Shown here: positions 35,286 through 46,556 of the stretch, piece by piece
How the letters are laid out: each line of letters opens with the position of its first letter
Numbering within the stretch: position 1 is the first letter of the stretch
NCBI GenBank assembly: GCA_012862495.1
Contig: BLSG01000117.1
Coordinates: 15,636-71,214 of the forward strand
Length of the DNA: 55,579 nt
Origin: Thraustochytrium aureum
Lineage: Eukaryota
Direction: 5' to 3'
Made by a program: the position numbers and the translations under genes
Notes under the pieces: model-generated
The model's input: only the letters and a program-made list of their open reading frames with translations
Database searches by the model: none
What the model was told of the DNA's origin: nothing

Positions 35286-38200
35286 ATGGTGCAGCTTCAG
35301 CACAGCGTACTCGTAACCTCTTGTATCGGTACGCGGCTCGAGGACGTACTCGAGGACCTTCTGTACCAACTCGCCGCGCTCCACGCCGACCCGGTCGTGC
35401 CCGATGTTGGCCAGGTNNNNNNNNNNNNNNNNNNNNNNNNNNNNNNNNNNNNNNNNNNNNNNNNNNNNNNNNNNNNNNNNNNNNNNNNNNNNNNNNNNNN
35501 NNNNNNNNNNNNNNNNNNNNNNNNNNNNNNNNNNNNNNNNNNNNNNNNNNNNNNNNNNNNNNNNNNNNNNNNNNNNNNNNNNNNNNNNNNNNNNNNNNNN
35601 NNNNNNNNNNNNNNNNNNNNNNNNNNNNNNNNNNNNNNNNNNNNNNNNNNNNNNNNNNNNNNNNNNNNNNNNNNNNNNNNNNNNNNNNNNNNNNNNNNNN
35701 NNNNNNNNNNNNNNNNNNNNNNNNNNNNNNNNNNNNNNNNNNNNNNNNNNNNNNNNNNNNNNNNNNNNNNNNNNNTTGCCTGCGACGGCGAGCTACGCGG
35801 CCGGAAAGGATAGCGCCGCAGGAGATCTTCAAGTTCGCGCACGTGGTGGCTGAGCTTTGCCGCTGTGCACGGGGCCGAGGGCGAGCTTGGCGCTGGCCTC
35901 GCCTCGCTAAAGTTGACGGCCCGGGGCTATGTCGTCGTGGTCCAGCCTGTCGCGGGAGCCTCGCGGCAGCCTCGCGATTGGGGCCGACAAGAAATCTCCC
36001 TGACAGCGCTGCTCTGCGAGGGTTCTGCAGAGTGTGCTGCATGGCCAGCAGAGGTGCACCTCGACGTCATCCTTGGGCCCCAAAAACGCGTTGTGGATCT
36101 TGTTGCGGTCTATGGGGACTCGCCCGCGACATCCCCGCGCTTCGCAATCGTCCTCGACGACAGAGTCATTGTCATTGCCGTCGACTTTGCACTCGCGACG
36201 CTTCGTCTCGAGCACACGACGAGCCTGCACTCGACTTGTGAACCGTGGGCGGCCTCAACCACCTCGCTGCGCGATTGGCGCTGGGTGCATGGCTGCGGAA
36301 TGCTGTGGGAGGTGAGCGGCGCGTCTCTAGTTGCTTGGTCCATACTTTCTGGTGAGCAAGTCGCAAGCGTAAAGTTCGATGAAAAGATTGCGAGCGCGGT
36401 TGCCGGCGAGCGCTGCGTGCTCGACGTCTCTGCAGACTGCGTTTTAGCGACGCTATACGGCGCTCGTGGGAGCAAGTGGCTTGCCACCCTGGATCTCGAC
36501 ACATACTTTGCACAGCACCCTGAGCACTGCGATTGGGAACTCTTGGCGAGCAGTCTCCGAGCTCTTGACATGGGCGAGTTTTCAACGCCAGTGCTGCGAC
36601 GAGGGACAAGTCGCACGCTTCAGCGAGCGCATCAAGCGAAGCTCGTTGCGGCAGGTGTGCTCTGCCCCGCCCCACTGAGCGCGCCATGGACGGAGCGAGT
36701 CCTGCTGCCCGCAAAGCGACCGGGCTCAAGGGATGCATTGCAGGACTCAAACCCATCAAGTCGCACCTCCCAGCAACTCTGGTCGCTGGACGATAATGTG
36801 CTCCAGCTGATTCTTGAAGCGTCTGCACGTGTTGTGGTTCTCGTCGGGAACGGCCAACTTTTCGTGGTTGACCGCGCTGCCGCGCGGCTGCGACCCGTTC
36901 AGTGCGAGGGCGCCCTCACGGGCCGCCGCGCGCGACTGGTTCCAGTAGCGCAATCTCGTCGTTGGTTTGCTGCCACGAACGACGGGCTTTGGCGGCGATT
37001 TGAGATTGGCGCAGGGCCAGGCACCCAATCGAGCTCCATCGCGAGGCAGGTCTGCGCTCAAGTGTCAGTCCAGGCAGGGCTTGGTGCGGCGCGCACGATC
37101 TGCACTCTTAACGGCTGGTCTGCAGCCGCGGCTTTTATTGAAGTCGATGCGCTGGCCGAGCTTCTCGCCACAAGCCGTGTCGACGTTGCGGCTGCTTTTG
37201 CTCGACGCGTCGGCAGCGACTGCCCCCCCGCCCTTGCCCATGACATTGCAAGAGTGCTAGTGACCTATTTGGTCGACCACTGGGGCGCAGCGCAAGGTTC
37301 GCCACAGCTGCAAGCGCTGGCAGACTGCGCCGTCTCTCTTTGCACCGCTGCTATTTCTGGGCTGGCACGCGGCGACAACGCGAATGATGATGGTGTGTTG
37401 CGGCGTTCTGCGCAGTTGCTCAACGCTGTGCAAGGCATCTCTTTCTTTGTCAACCACCGCGCCAGTCGCCGTAGTGCCCTATCGACGGCGCCGCTTCGGG
37501 CCGCCTTCGATTGGGCTCGCGGCGAGTGGGTTGCTTCGAGCAAGGAAAGGCCTGACGGGATGGGGAGCCACTGCGCGACGTTGCAACCAGACCTCGCTGC
37601 CCTGATCCCTTGCAAGCTCCTGGAGCGCTGGTCCGGGTGTAGCGACAGCGACGTCGTTCGCGACGCGCTCTTAAACGGCGCAGTGTCGTCGGCAATCGCA
37701 CTTTTGGCGTCGAGGCAAGCGAGCGCCACTCCCGCGACGAGTGGCGATCCCGAGCCGCCGCCCCGCGACTCGCTCTCCTTTCTGGACCCTGCTCACGCCG
37801 GCGCGGAAACCTCGCCAGCGATCTATGTGCATCGCTTAGCGCATAGGCACATCTATCGCCTCCTGTGCAACGACCACATGGACTTTGGCCAACTCGCTTC
37901 CAACATGCTGCGCAACCTTGGCCAAGACCCGCTCGACTTTTTCAAACTCGTTGCGCTCAACACGACAAGGCGGACAACGAGGTGGCGATTGCTAAAGCAC
38001 GTCTGGCACGCTCAAGGCCTGAGCGAGACCGAAATGGCAGCGGCAGACCTCCTCACTCTGCTGGAGCGGCTATACCCTTCAGCATCGTTTTGCGCGACGC
38101 AGCGACGCCTGACTACGCTTCGGTGTCAAGGCGCGTACCCGATGATCAGCGGCGGCGACAACGAGCTAGCAGAGACAGCCGACTCTCTGCAAGAAGCGGC

Positions 38201-41200
38201 GAGGGCGCACCTTGAATATCCATACGACCACTCCGGCAAGCCTCGCGCTGTACCAAGTCCCCAACGTTGCTTGCCGGTTTGGGTCTCAGTGCCATCGCAG
38301 GTGTTCGGCACACGAAGCAAAAGGAGCGCACGCTCCGTTGGGGAGGACCCTTGGCAGTGCGACATTGACGACTGCGGTCTGCGCACGCACGAGGACGTCC
38401 CAGGTTCGGCACTCTCCGTTCTCGACAACAAACCAGCTGTCGCGGCGCTGCTGTGGGAGGCTGAGACGTGTGAGAGCGGGGCGATGTGCCCGACGTGCTC
38501 CAACCCTGGCACTTTTCCGAAGCGAGTCGGGGATTGGGGCGGCGCTTCGTGGAGCACAGGACCGCAGACACTCGTTCATGGCAATGAGGGCTACCTGCAC
38601 AGCCGCCTTGTCGCGGTTCTGGAGTGGCCGCTCGAGATTCGGGAGCGCATTCTCGTGGAAGCAGGCTTTCAAAGCCGTCGCCGATGCCTCTGCGCAATGC
38701 TTCTATTCGGCATTGAGCACTGCGACGTTCTAGCTATTCGAAGAGTGCTCGCGCTGGTCCGAACGCGCAAGGGCCACGTCCGTGTTGGGGGCGCCGAGGG
38801 GCTCATGCTGGCTGGGGAGCTTGCTGCAGCTTTCTTGTCCACCGAGTCTTCGTCGTGCACGCACACCGAACGCCCCCGGTGGACGGCGGAGCTCCTTGAG
38901 AGCGGCGATGCCAGTGAACACGAAGAGGTGTGCTTTGCTGCCGCAGTCATCCGTGTTGTGATAGACGCGGATGCGGCGGGCGCGCTGGCCCCTCACATTG
39001 AGACCCTCATCGAACTTGAGCTGGCATCGCACGGCATCATATTGCCGTCCTGCAAGCCTCAGGGTTCATCGCAAACCGAAATCGTTTGCAGTGGCCAGGA
39101 CGCCATGTCGCCGGACGCCCCTGAACCTGCTCCACTGTCCCTCGAAGTGGTTCAATCGATTCCGGAAAGGACGGTGGAGATCTTGGCCACCACTGGCGTG
39201 CTGGCCGAGCCTGAACGCGCAGGCGAGGCTCTGGCAAGCCTCCTTCCGCGTGGAGCACTGAGCGCCTTGCACGCGCGCATTGTCAATGTTCTCGCGAGGC
39301 GCGGCCTCGGCTCGCTCTTGCTCGAGTACCTGGACAAGCACGACCTTGCAAAGACAGCTTCCGGGCTTGAATCCCTCGAACGAGCAAGCCATGTCGCCGG
39401 TCTGGGCGGCAGAAACTTGGCCGTCCAGCTTTTGCGTCGCGTAGGCGACAGAAACTCGCTTGTCCTCGCTGGCCAACTCGCTTACGCAGAGGTTTTTCGA
39501 ACTGAGATCGGCTTTGTCACTGCTGACGCGCCGCCCAGGAGCGAGCTCGAGGCGCTTGCTTTTGTTGCTTCGCAAGCGCTGGGCCAAGACCAGGCGCGTG
39601 CGGGCGTGGGCCTGCTTGCGAACATTTCCAACCGATTCGGCTGGAGCTCTGTTGTCGCTGCACTCGTGGGGGATTGCCCAGCCAAGACAGCCACGTTGGA
39701 GTCTCACTTTTCAACGTCGCTCCTTGACGGGGCTGCAACCGTATCGAACGACTGCAGCTTGCCTGAGCTCGTTGGAGCGCTCGTTAAGGTGGAAGGAGCT
39801 GCATTGTGCAGCGCAGAGCTCGCGGGATTTGCGAATGCCTTTGGCGACCGCTTCGAAGAGCTCCGTGGAACCAGCCTAGCAACAGTTGCCGGCCTGGAGG
39901 CAGCAGCTCGAACTCTCGCCAGCGACGCCAGCGCTCGGCTCAACACTGGAAGCCAAGCTAGCGCGCCGCTCGCGTGCCGCGAGGCGAGCGGCGTTGCTGG
40001 GTTTGGGCCGGAGCACTTTTTGTCGCTCGGCCGCGGCACGCAAGCGATGCAGGCTCTACTTGCAGAAGAAGGCCTTCCTGGGCTCGCGCCGCTCTCCGAA
40101 CCGCTTCGCGCTCGAGCGCGGCAAGCCGCGCGGGGCGTTGCGCTTTGGAACATCGAAGAGGATCAAGTACTTGCGGCCTGTTGCTGGTTTTTGCAGCTCG
40201 CGGGGGAGCCGACCGACGCGATCCGTATCGACTGCGCCGCAATGCGAACGATCTTGGACGGGCACCCGCGCGCTTCACAGCGCCCAAAAGCCCAGATCGT
40301 TGATGTTTTCCTCTCGTTCCCAGACTCTGTCGGTTCTGTCGCGGGCGAAAGCAAGCTTGATCGCACGACGGGCGGCAGGTCCGCACCGAAGGGTCCAGAG
40401 CACACGGCATTAAAGCTCTTGGGCGAAGCGTGCTGGGCGCACAAGGACTCCGCTGGTGAGAAACGCGGGGTAGCCTCTCACGTTATCCTCGAGTCGCTCT
40501 TCTGCAAAGCGCACGACCTGCCCCTCTCTGTTGCGTTCCTCCACGAGCTCGCTCGTGAAGCGGACATTCTTGGGTTCCTGTATGAGGCGCAAATGCAAGA
40601 CGTTGACGCGGTCACGGCCCGGTCCATCGTGCAAGACTCGTTCGCCGATCGAGCGACTCGAGACCACCTTTTGGTGGTCATCCAAACCGCGGCTGCCGGA
40701 AACGACCTCCTCGGACAGGCGAGGGTGCGCGATTCGATAGCTTTGCTCGCGCCAGAAGCTGAGCCTAGCCCGCTTTGGCTCGATATGTGCAGCCTCATAA
40801 GCGCGGAGAGCTCTGGTTTGGTGCTCTTAGCAGCCGTTGAGCGCGGGGAATGCGCCCCACACCTCGTTGCCCTTGCTGATGGCTTTGGCGACGTGCCATT
40901 GCATGGAGCTTGGCTGGCGTGGCTCCAAGCCGCGACGCGCGAGCGTGGCAAAGAGCGAGGACTGGGTGCAAGGCGTCGCTTAAAGCCCGCAGCAAGCGGA
41001 GGCGGTCGGGACTTGGATGCTCTGGTTGGGGTCGTTCGCTACCTGCTTTCCGAGAGACGCTACGCGTGCTTGCTGCTGTCCATGCACCTGTTTGCGCCAG
41101 CTTGCCCATTGCGCTCGCTCGTGTGCTTTCATCGCGCGTTCCACGAAGAGCGCTACCTCGAGGCGGAGGCGCAACTCGCCGAGTTCTCGAGGGGGTCGCT

Positions 41201-43803
41201 TGGTCGAGTCGAGCGCGCAGCCCCAAGTCAATGGGTCTTGGACAAGGTCGCGCGCCCAGAACTGCTTCTGATGCTTGAGGAAGTCAAAGTTGCAGCCAAA
41301 GCAGGTGATCCAGCTTCTCGCAAGCCTCTGCTCGAGCTTTTGCTCATCCTCGCTCGGGTTGATGTCGGTGGCCTCAACGGGCGCGCGGCCTTTCGCGCTG
41401 CCCAGCTCCTTGAGGGACAAGGAGGGGTCGCACTGTCTGGCAGCGTCTTTGACAGCGCGGCGGGTCAGGTGGTCCAAGACCTCGTTGGCCAGCAAAAGTT
41501 CTCCACGGCGCGGCGCTTTGTCTGCGCAGCAGCAGCAGATGGTGCAAACCTGGGAGAAGGTCTTCGCGCCCCATTTTGCGAGGTGGACGATACGCTGCGC
41601 CAGAGCTGCTTGGCATCGATCGTTTTTTCGGAGGCGNNNNNNNNNNNNNNNNNNNNNGATCGTTTTTTCGGAGGCGGCACAACTGGTGTCTGACGCGTTT
41701 CGCAACAACGATCCCTTTGCGGATCCCAGTGCGTGCACTGCGGTTTGGACAAAGTGCCTGGGGCTCTTCGCGGAGCAATCCTTTGATCGAGCCACAGGGG
41801 CGGCTTTCTTTGCTGATTGCGCAAGCGCCATGTGCGGCAAGGTGGTTCCGGTGCAACTTGCCCTGTCAGCCGCGTCCGCCTTGTTGGAGTGGGGCACAGG
41901 CGCAGAGTTGGGTGAGCTCACACTTTCGGCGCAAAGGGCCCCCTGCGTTCTCTCCTTTGCCTCTGAGGCAAAGCTCGCATGGTGGCCCACAGATCCGAGC
42001 ATGCAAAAGGTTGCGGCGCGCGTTCTCCTCCTGCGCGAGCTGGTCGCGCGGGGCGACCTCCTGGTAGAATTAGACCTCGCCTCGCTGCGATCGCCCTTCG
42101 AAGTCGCCCACAGCTCAGACTCTGGCGTTCTTGCCGCTGGTACTGCGATAGAGGCCGCGCTTGACCGAGCGTGTGGTTTTCGTGGCGAGGTCGTCGTCGC
42201 CTGCTCGACGCGCTTGGGTCCCGTCGTGGATGACCTTGTAAACCGTGGCCTGGTGGACGACGCTGCGGCCGTCATTGAGGGCTGTCTCTTTGGTGCTGAC
42301 ACTGTGGCTCCCACGGCGGGGTCCGTTCACGTTGCTCGTTTCGCGCTCGATGTCTCGAGTGCGCCTTTTGGTGGACGCGCAGGCGTCGTTCAAGGCCTCC
42401 CAAGCGAGGCTCTAGCAGTGTTGCCTCCCCTCAGCGCCATGCTGCATTCAAGTCCTCGCCGACTCATCGGGGCACTGCGTACGAGTAGGCCTGGCGTTTC
42501 GCGGTTCCTGCGGCACGTCGCCCTCACTCTTCGCGTCGCCGAGACGCTATCGAGCGAGGCCGAGCGAGTTACTTACATGTCTGCAAGTGCGGCAGGACGC
42601 GGCCACGAGTGGCTCCGCAGGCTCTTGGAGCGGACGACGCTTGCCGCTCCCAGGGCTTTGTTCTTTCGTGAGGCCTTTGCACGAACTGGGGCGCGCCCGA
42701 TCGACCCCGAGTGCCTGGGCGCGACCCTCGCGGCCCGCAACGCGGGAGATTGCATGCGCAAGTCAAGCCCGGCAGAGCGTAGGGCAGCGCGTCTGATTGC
42801 AGACGTCCTTGACGAGTTTGATGCGGCGAGTGCGTCGTGCGGCGCTCAATTCGCCACTGAGGTTTGCGAGCTGATATGTCGGTCTGCTCAAGATGCTGGC
42901 GAGGACCTCGATCCAGGACAGCATGGCGTGCCGGTGTTGCTCGGGGCGCGAGAGCTAGACCTTGTCCTTGGCCTCTTCAGGCGCCCTTCGAGCGCCCGCA
43001 CCTTGTGCTGTGCGGCGCTCGGCGGCGCGGAGAAAACGCTTGGGGGCCTGCCGCTCGACGGTGCGATTCCAGGGGAGCCAGTGCTTTCTTTGTCGGTGGA
43101 GCTGGCAGTATTGGCATTTCAGGCTTCGTTGCGCGCGGAGGAGGCAGAGCTGGCAGAGCTGGTCCTTGGCGCTGTGGGCCGTCTTTGCGCCGCGTCCAGG
43201 GACGGAGGACGCTGGGGTTTGATGGTGCGACTTGTTACTGGGACGGCTGCATACGAGGAGCTCGACAGCGCGCTAGGCGCTTTGCGGCACGCGGGGCAGA
43301 TGCCCCTTGTTGTTCTGGCCGCCAACAGCTTGCCAGACTATGTAGACCGATGCGAGCTCAAGGTTGCTGTGGCGACCCACCTGCGGCGTGCAGAGGACTC
43401 TGAGCTCGCGGAGGTGTTGGGCTGGCTGCTAGAGATGGGGATGCTTGAGGAGGCAGGAATGTTGCTTTTCGAGCAAGGAAGCACGCTCCTTGGGAGCCCG
43501 TCTGCTGACGTTGGGACGACACTTGTCGCGAAGCAAATGCTGCTGGAGGCTGCTGCACTTTTGTCGCCGAACGGCACATGCAGGACCGACGCGCTGCGTG
43601 GGGTCACGCTGTGCCCGGAGGACGGCTCGCGACTCGCTGCCCGCGCGTTGGCTAAAGCTCGACTAGCTGGGGCGGAAGCAAGTGTTGACTTGCCTGTCCA
43701 TCTAGCCGGTTTGTCCCGTGTGGAAGCGCGCGCAGAGCTCAGGGTCGCTGCTCTCCCGCCTGCTGTGGCGTCCGTCCTCCGGCAGGCGAATGGACTGGAA
43801 TAG
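35286..43803 (+). CDS. SPG11: Spatacsin (AP-5 accessory protein); 5' structure uncertain, single ORF across false gap 41637-41657
   Basis: Spatacsin blocks VVRDALLNG, LRNLGQDP..TTRRTTR, LLERLYPSASF, FCKAHDLPLSVAFLHELA..FLYEAQ and C-terminal LMVRLVTG. The two large ORFs fuse when the duplicated 19-mer flanking the gap is collapsed. Confidence 0.85.
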
Positions 43804-43964
43804 AGTAGATCTCTCGAAACGGGGCTGCCCTGAGGCGTTAAGGAATGGATCGTATTTTTTGTTGTGGTGGGTGGGTGGGGTTTGGAAGAGCGCGGGTTGG
43901 ACTCTTCGTCGTGAAAAGACAGGGCGCCCTACGAACTGCATGTCGGGCGGTCCAAGATGGCATC

Positions 43965-45983
43965 CTACAAATTGGATGCCGGGTGGTCCAAGATGGCGGC
44001 GATGTCTTCCAAGGCGCGCTGAACCTGAGCGCTCAAGGCAGCCGAGCTCGTCGTGGGGCACGAGTGCTTGCTTTCGATGCAAAGCGTGACTTCATCTTCT
44101 CGAATCATGTAGCAGATCGCGTAGCCGTCATCGACAATGGCGCAGAAACCTCCGCCAAAGGGTCGCTCGATGTACGAGTTGTTGCTCGTCGAAATCGGAA
44201 AGCCACCGATGCCTCCGCCCAAAGCGAAGGGGTTCTTGAACAACGCCGCGTCGGGCACAAGCTTGTGCAAAGCAAACAGGTGCCGGTCAAAGCCCTCACC
44301 CAATTTAGCGGAGCGAACCGATCGGCTGTGCTGCTTGCACGCCGCTTTCAGGAGCTCCGCAGCCTGAAAAGCGCTGCTTGGGCCTGCGAGCATGGCCGCC
44401 ACAAAGGCCTCCGAAGCGGCGCTAACGACGTGGCACGTCGCGGTGCGCCCTTGCGCGTAGGTGATCATGCTCACGGTCTCGTAGGTGCTCGCTGGCTGTG
44501 GCGACGGGCTGCCACGGCGGTACGCGAGCTGAAAGGCCATTTGGACCACCGCGTCAGAGCTCAACTTGTACTTACGCCAGACCTTTTTGCCAAAGCCGTG
44601 GCACCTGTGGAGCTTGAAGTCTGAATTGGCGATATCTTGCAGTGANNNNNNNNNNNNNNNNNNNNNNNNNNNNNNNNNNNNNNNNNNNNNNNNNNNNNNN
44701 NNNNNNNNNNNNNNNNNNNNNNNNNNNNNNNNNNNNNNNNNNNNNNNNNNNNNNNNNNNNNNNNNNNNNNNNNNNNNNNNNNNNNNNNNNNNNNNNNNNN
44801 NNNNGATATCTTGCAGTGACTCTTGCTTTGCCTGCTCGATGGCCACTCTGAGCTCTGCGCTCACGTTCCATCGGAGGACCTGGTGCGGGGACCACGGAGC
44901 TGCTCGAGCGAAGACGGGCGCTGCACGCCCCGCCACGACGATGTCGTTCTCTGTGAGGCTCTGGCGCTCCGCGTACGGTAGTGCGTGCTCGAAAAAGAGA
45001 CGGAGCGGGATCTGGGCTTCGCCCCTGCCGTGCTCAAAGTTGATGGACGGGTTGCCATCCTCTTTGATCTTGATCTGAAGGGACTTGTCGTACCACGTGG
45101 ACATTCCGTCGGACACGAGGCACGACAGGCAGCATTCCTCGTCAGTCTTGTCAACGCCATCCTCTATACTGAGAGCGAAAACTGCGCTCTCGACGGCTTG
45201 CAGCGCATAGGCGTTGACCGGATCGGTGACGAGGCCGTTTCGCACCTTGGCCCAGGTCGTCCTGTCTGTCCCAGTGAGGACGCACATCGGGTTGGGGTCG
45301 GGCCCGCGCTGCTTGGCTTCTTGGTGGATGCTGGCCAGGGAGGCGTAGAGGAGGTCGATCGGGATCACCTCGCGGTTGTCGCCGAGCACAGTCAGTGTGT
45401 AGATGCGACGGTTGGCGATGACGGCGATGTGGCGCGACTCGGCCTCGGAGTACTTGACTAGGTGGTCTTCAACCAGGCCCGGGACGCGGCAGACCGAGAA
45501 GAGGCGCGCATGCTGGTCCATGCATTCGTAGGTGGCCTTGCCACCCTCCCGGGTGGCGTCGGTCGGCCGCACGTTTCCCTCCAGGAGGCGAGTGTGGTAG
45601 AGGAGCGCCCCTCGCGTCATGGCCGCGGCGCTGAAGACTTGGTCCCACGACTTGCGGTACTCGCCAAAGAGGTACCCAGTCGCATTGCATGTGATGGCGA
45701 GCGAAGTGCGACAGGTCATGTACGCGTACCGCGTCCAAAAGGGACTCAGCCAGTTGTCGGTCGTCGCGTGCAGCTTCTCGAGCGCCCGCTGGCCCCTCGC
45801 CAGCTGGGGGTCGGCCAGCGCTAGCCGTGCATCCCGTTCCAGCTGCTCGCGGTCCTCCTTGGCCGTCAGGACGGGCTCCAGCGTCTCGACAAGTCTTCGA
45901 AGCGAGTCCTCTAGTGTGGGCAGGGGCAGTTTGGGCAGCCCTTGTCCCGCCAGCCCGCCCGAGCCGTCCGTGACGACCTTCAT
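43965..45983 (-). CDS. Carnitine O-acyltransferase paralog A (C-terminal SNL)
   Basis: LPKLPLPTLEDSL, NWL..FW, CRVPG, WYDKSLQ, catalytic FEHGRGE, DAVVQMAFQLAY, TYET..GRT, GEGFDRHLFAL, STS, DDGYAICY. The 44646-44804 gap is false. Confidence 0.93.
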   Translation of the reverse strand: MKVVTDGSGGLAGQGLPKLPLPTLEDSLRRLVETLEPVLTAKEDREQLERDARLALADPQLARGQRALEKLHATTDNWLSPFWTRYAYMTCRTSLAITCNATGYLFGEYRKSWDQVFSAAAMTRGALLYHTRLLEGNVRPTDATREGGKATYECMDQHARLFSVCRVPGLVEDHLVKYSEAESRHIAVIANRRIYTLTVLGDNREVIPIDLLYASLASIHQEAKQRGPDPNPMCVLTGTDRTTWAKVRNGLVTDPVNAYALQAVESAVFALSIEDGVDKTDEECCLSCLVSDGMSTWYDKSLQIKIKEDGNPSINFEHGRGEAQIPLRLFFEHALPYAERQSLTENDIVVAGRAAPVFARAAPWSPHQVLRWNVSAELRVAIEQAKQESLQDIXXXXXXXXXXXXXXXXXXXXXXXXXXXXXXXXXXXXXXXXXXXXXXXXXXXXXSLQDIANSDFKLHRCHGFGKKVWRKYKLSSDAVVQMAFQLAYRRGSPSPQPASTYETVSMITYAQGRTATCHVVSAASEAFVAAMLAGPSSAFQAAELLKAACKQHSRSVRSAKLGEGFDRHLFALHKLVPDAALFKNPFALGGGIGGFPISTSNNSYIERPFGGGFCAIVDDGYAICYMIREDEVTLCIESKHSCPTTSSAALSAQVQRALEDIAAILDHPASNL

Positions 45984-46556
45984 TCGCGCTGTCACGGTCG
46001 CCTGAACCCCCTGTGCACTCTGCAGATCGTGGACTGCCAGTGGTTTGTCTTGCGCGCATGGCTTTCGTGTGACCCTGAGCCCACAAGCGAGTACACCTCG
46101 AAGGAGTACCACAAAGGGTATCAATGGTGTGCAAAACCATCGCGTCACGGCGGGCCTCTGCCCTCACGTGTGGGCGGTCACACCTGCAAAGCGCACGCAC
46201 CTCAACAGACGGACTCGGACAGCTTACGGGATGACGTGTGCACGGCATGCGCAGGCTCCGTCATTTCGCTGGCAGCGGACATCAACTCGCACCGTCCGCA
46301 AGAGAAAAGCGCAATGAGTCAATGACAACGTTGGCAAGGCCGCTGCCAGCCAGCCCAGCTCATGGGGCTGGTTCGGGGCTTTCCAACATTCCGCCTCTGA
46401 ATTCTGCTGCGCGCCCTGGCGAAGTGGGACTCTGCGACCCGCGCGCGCGACGCAAGACGGCCAGCTGCAGCACGCATCTCAGTCCTTGCAACGGCAGAGG
46501 ATGCAAGGGCAGAGACTTGAAGATGCCGCGTAATTAGTCTTTCTACGGGAGAGCTC

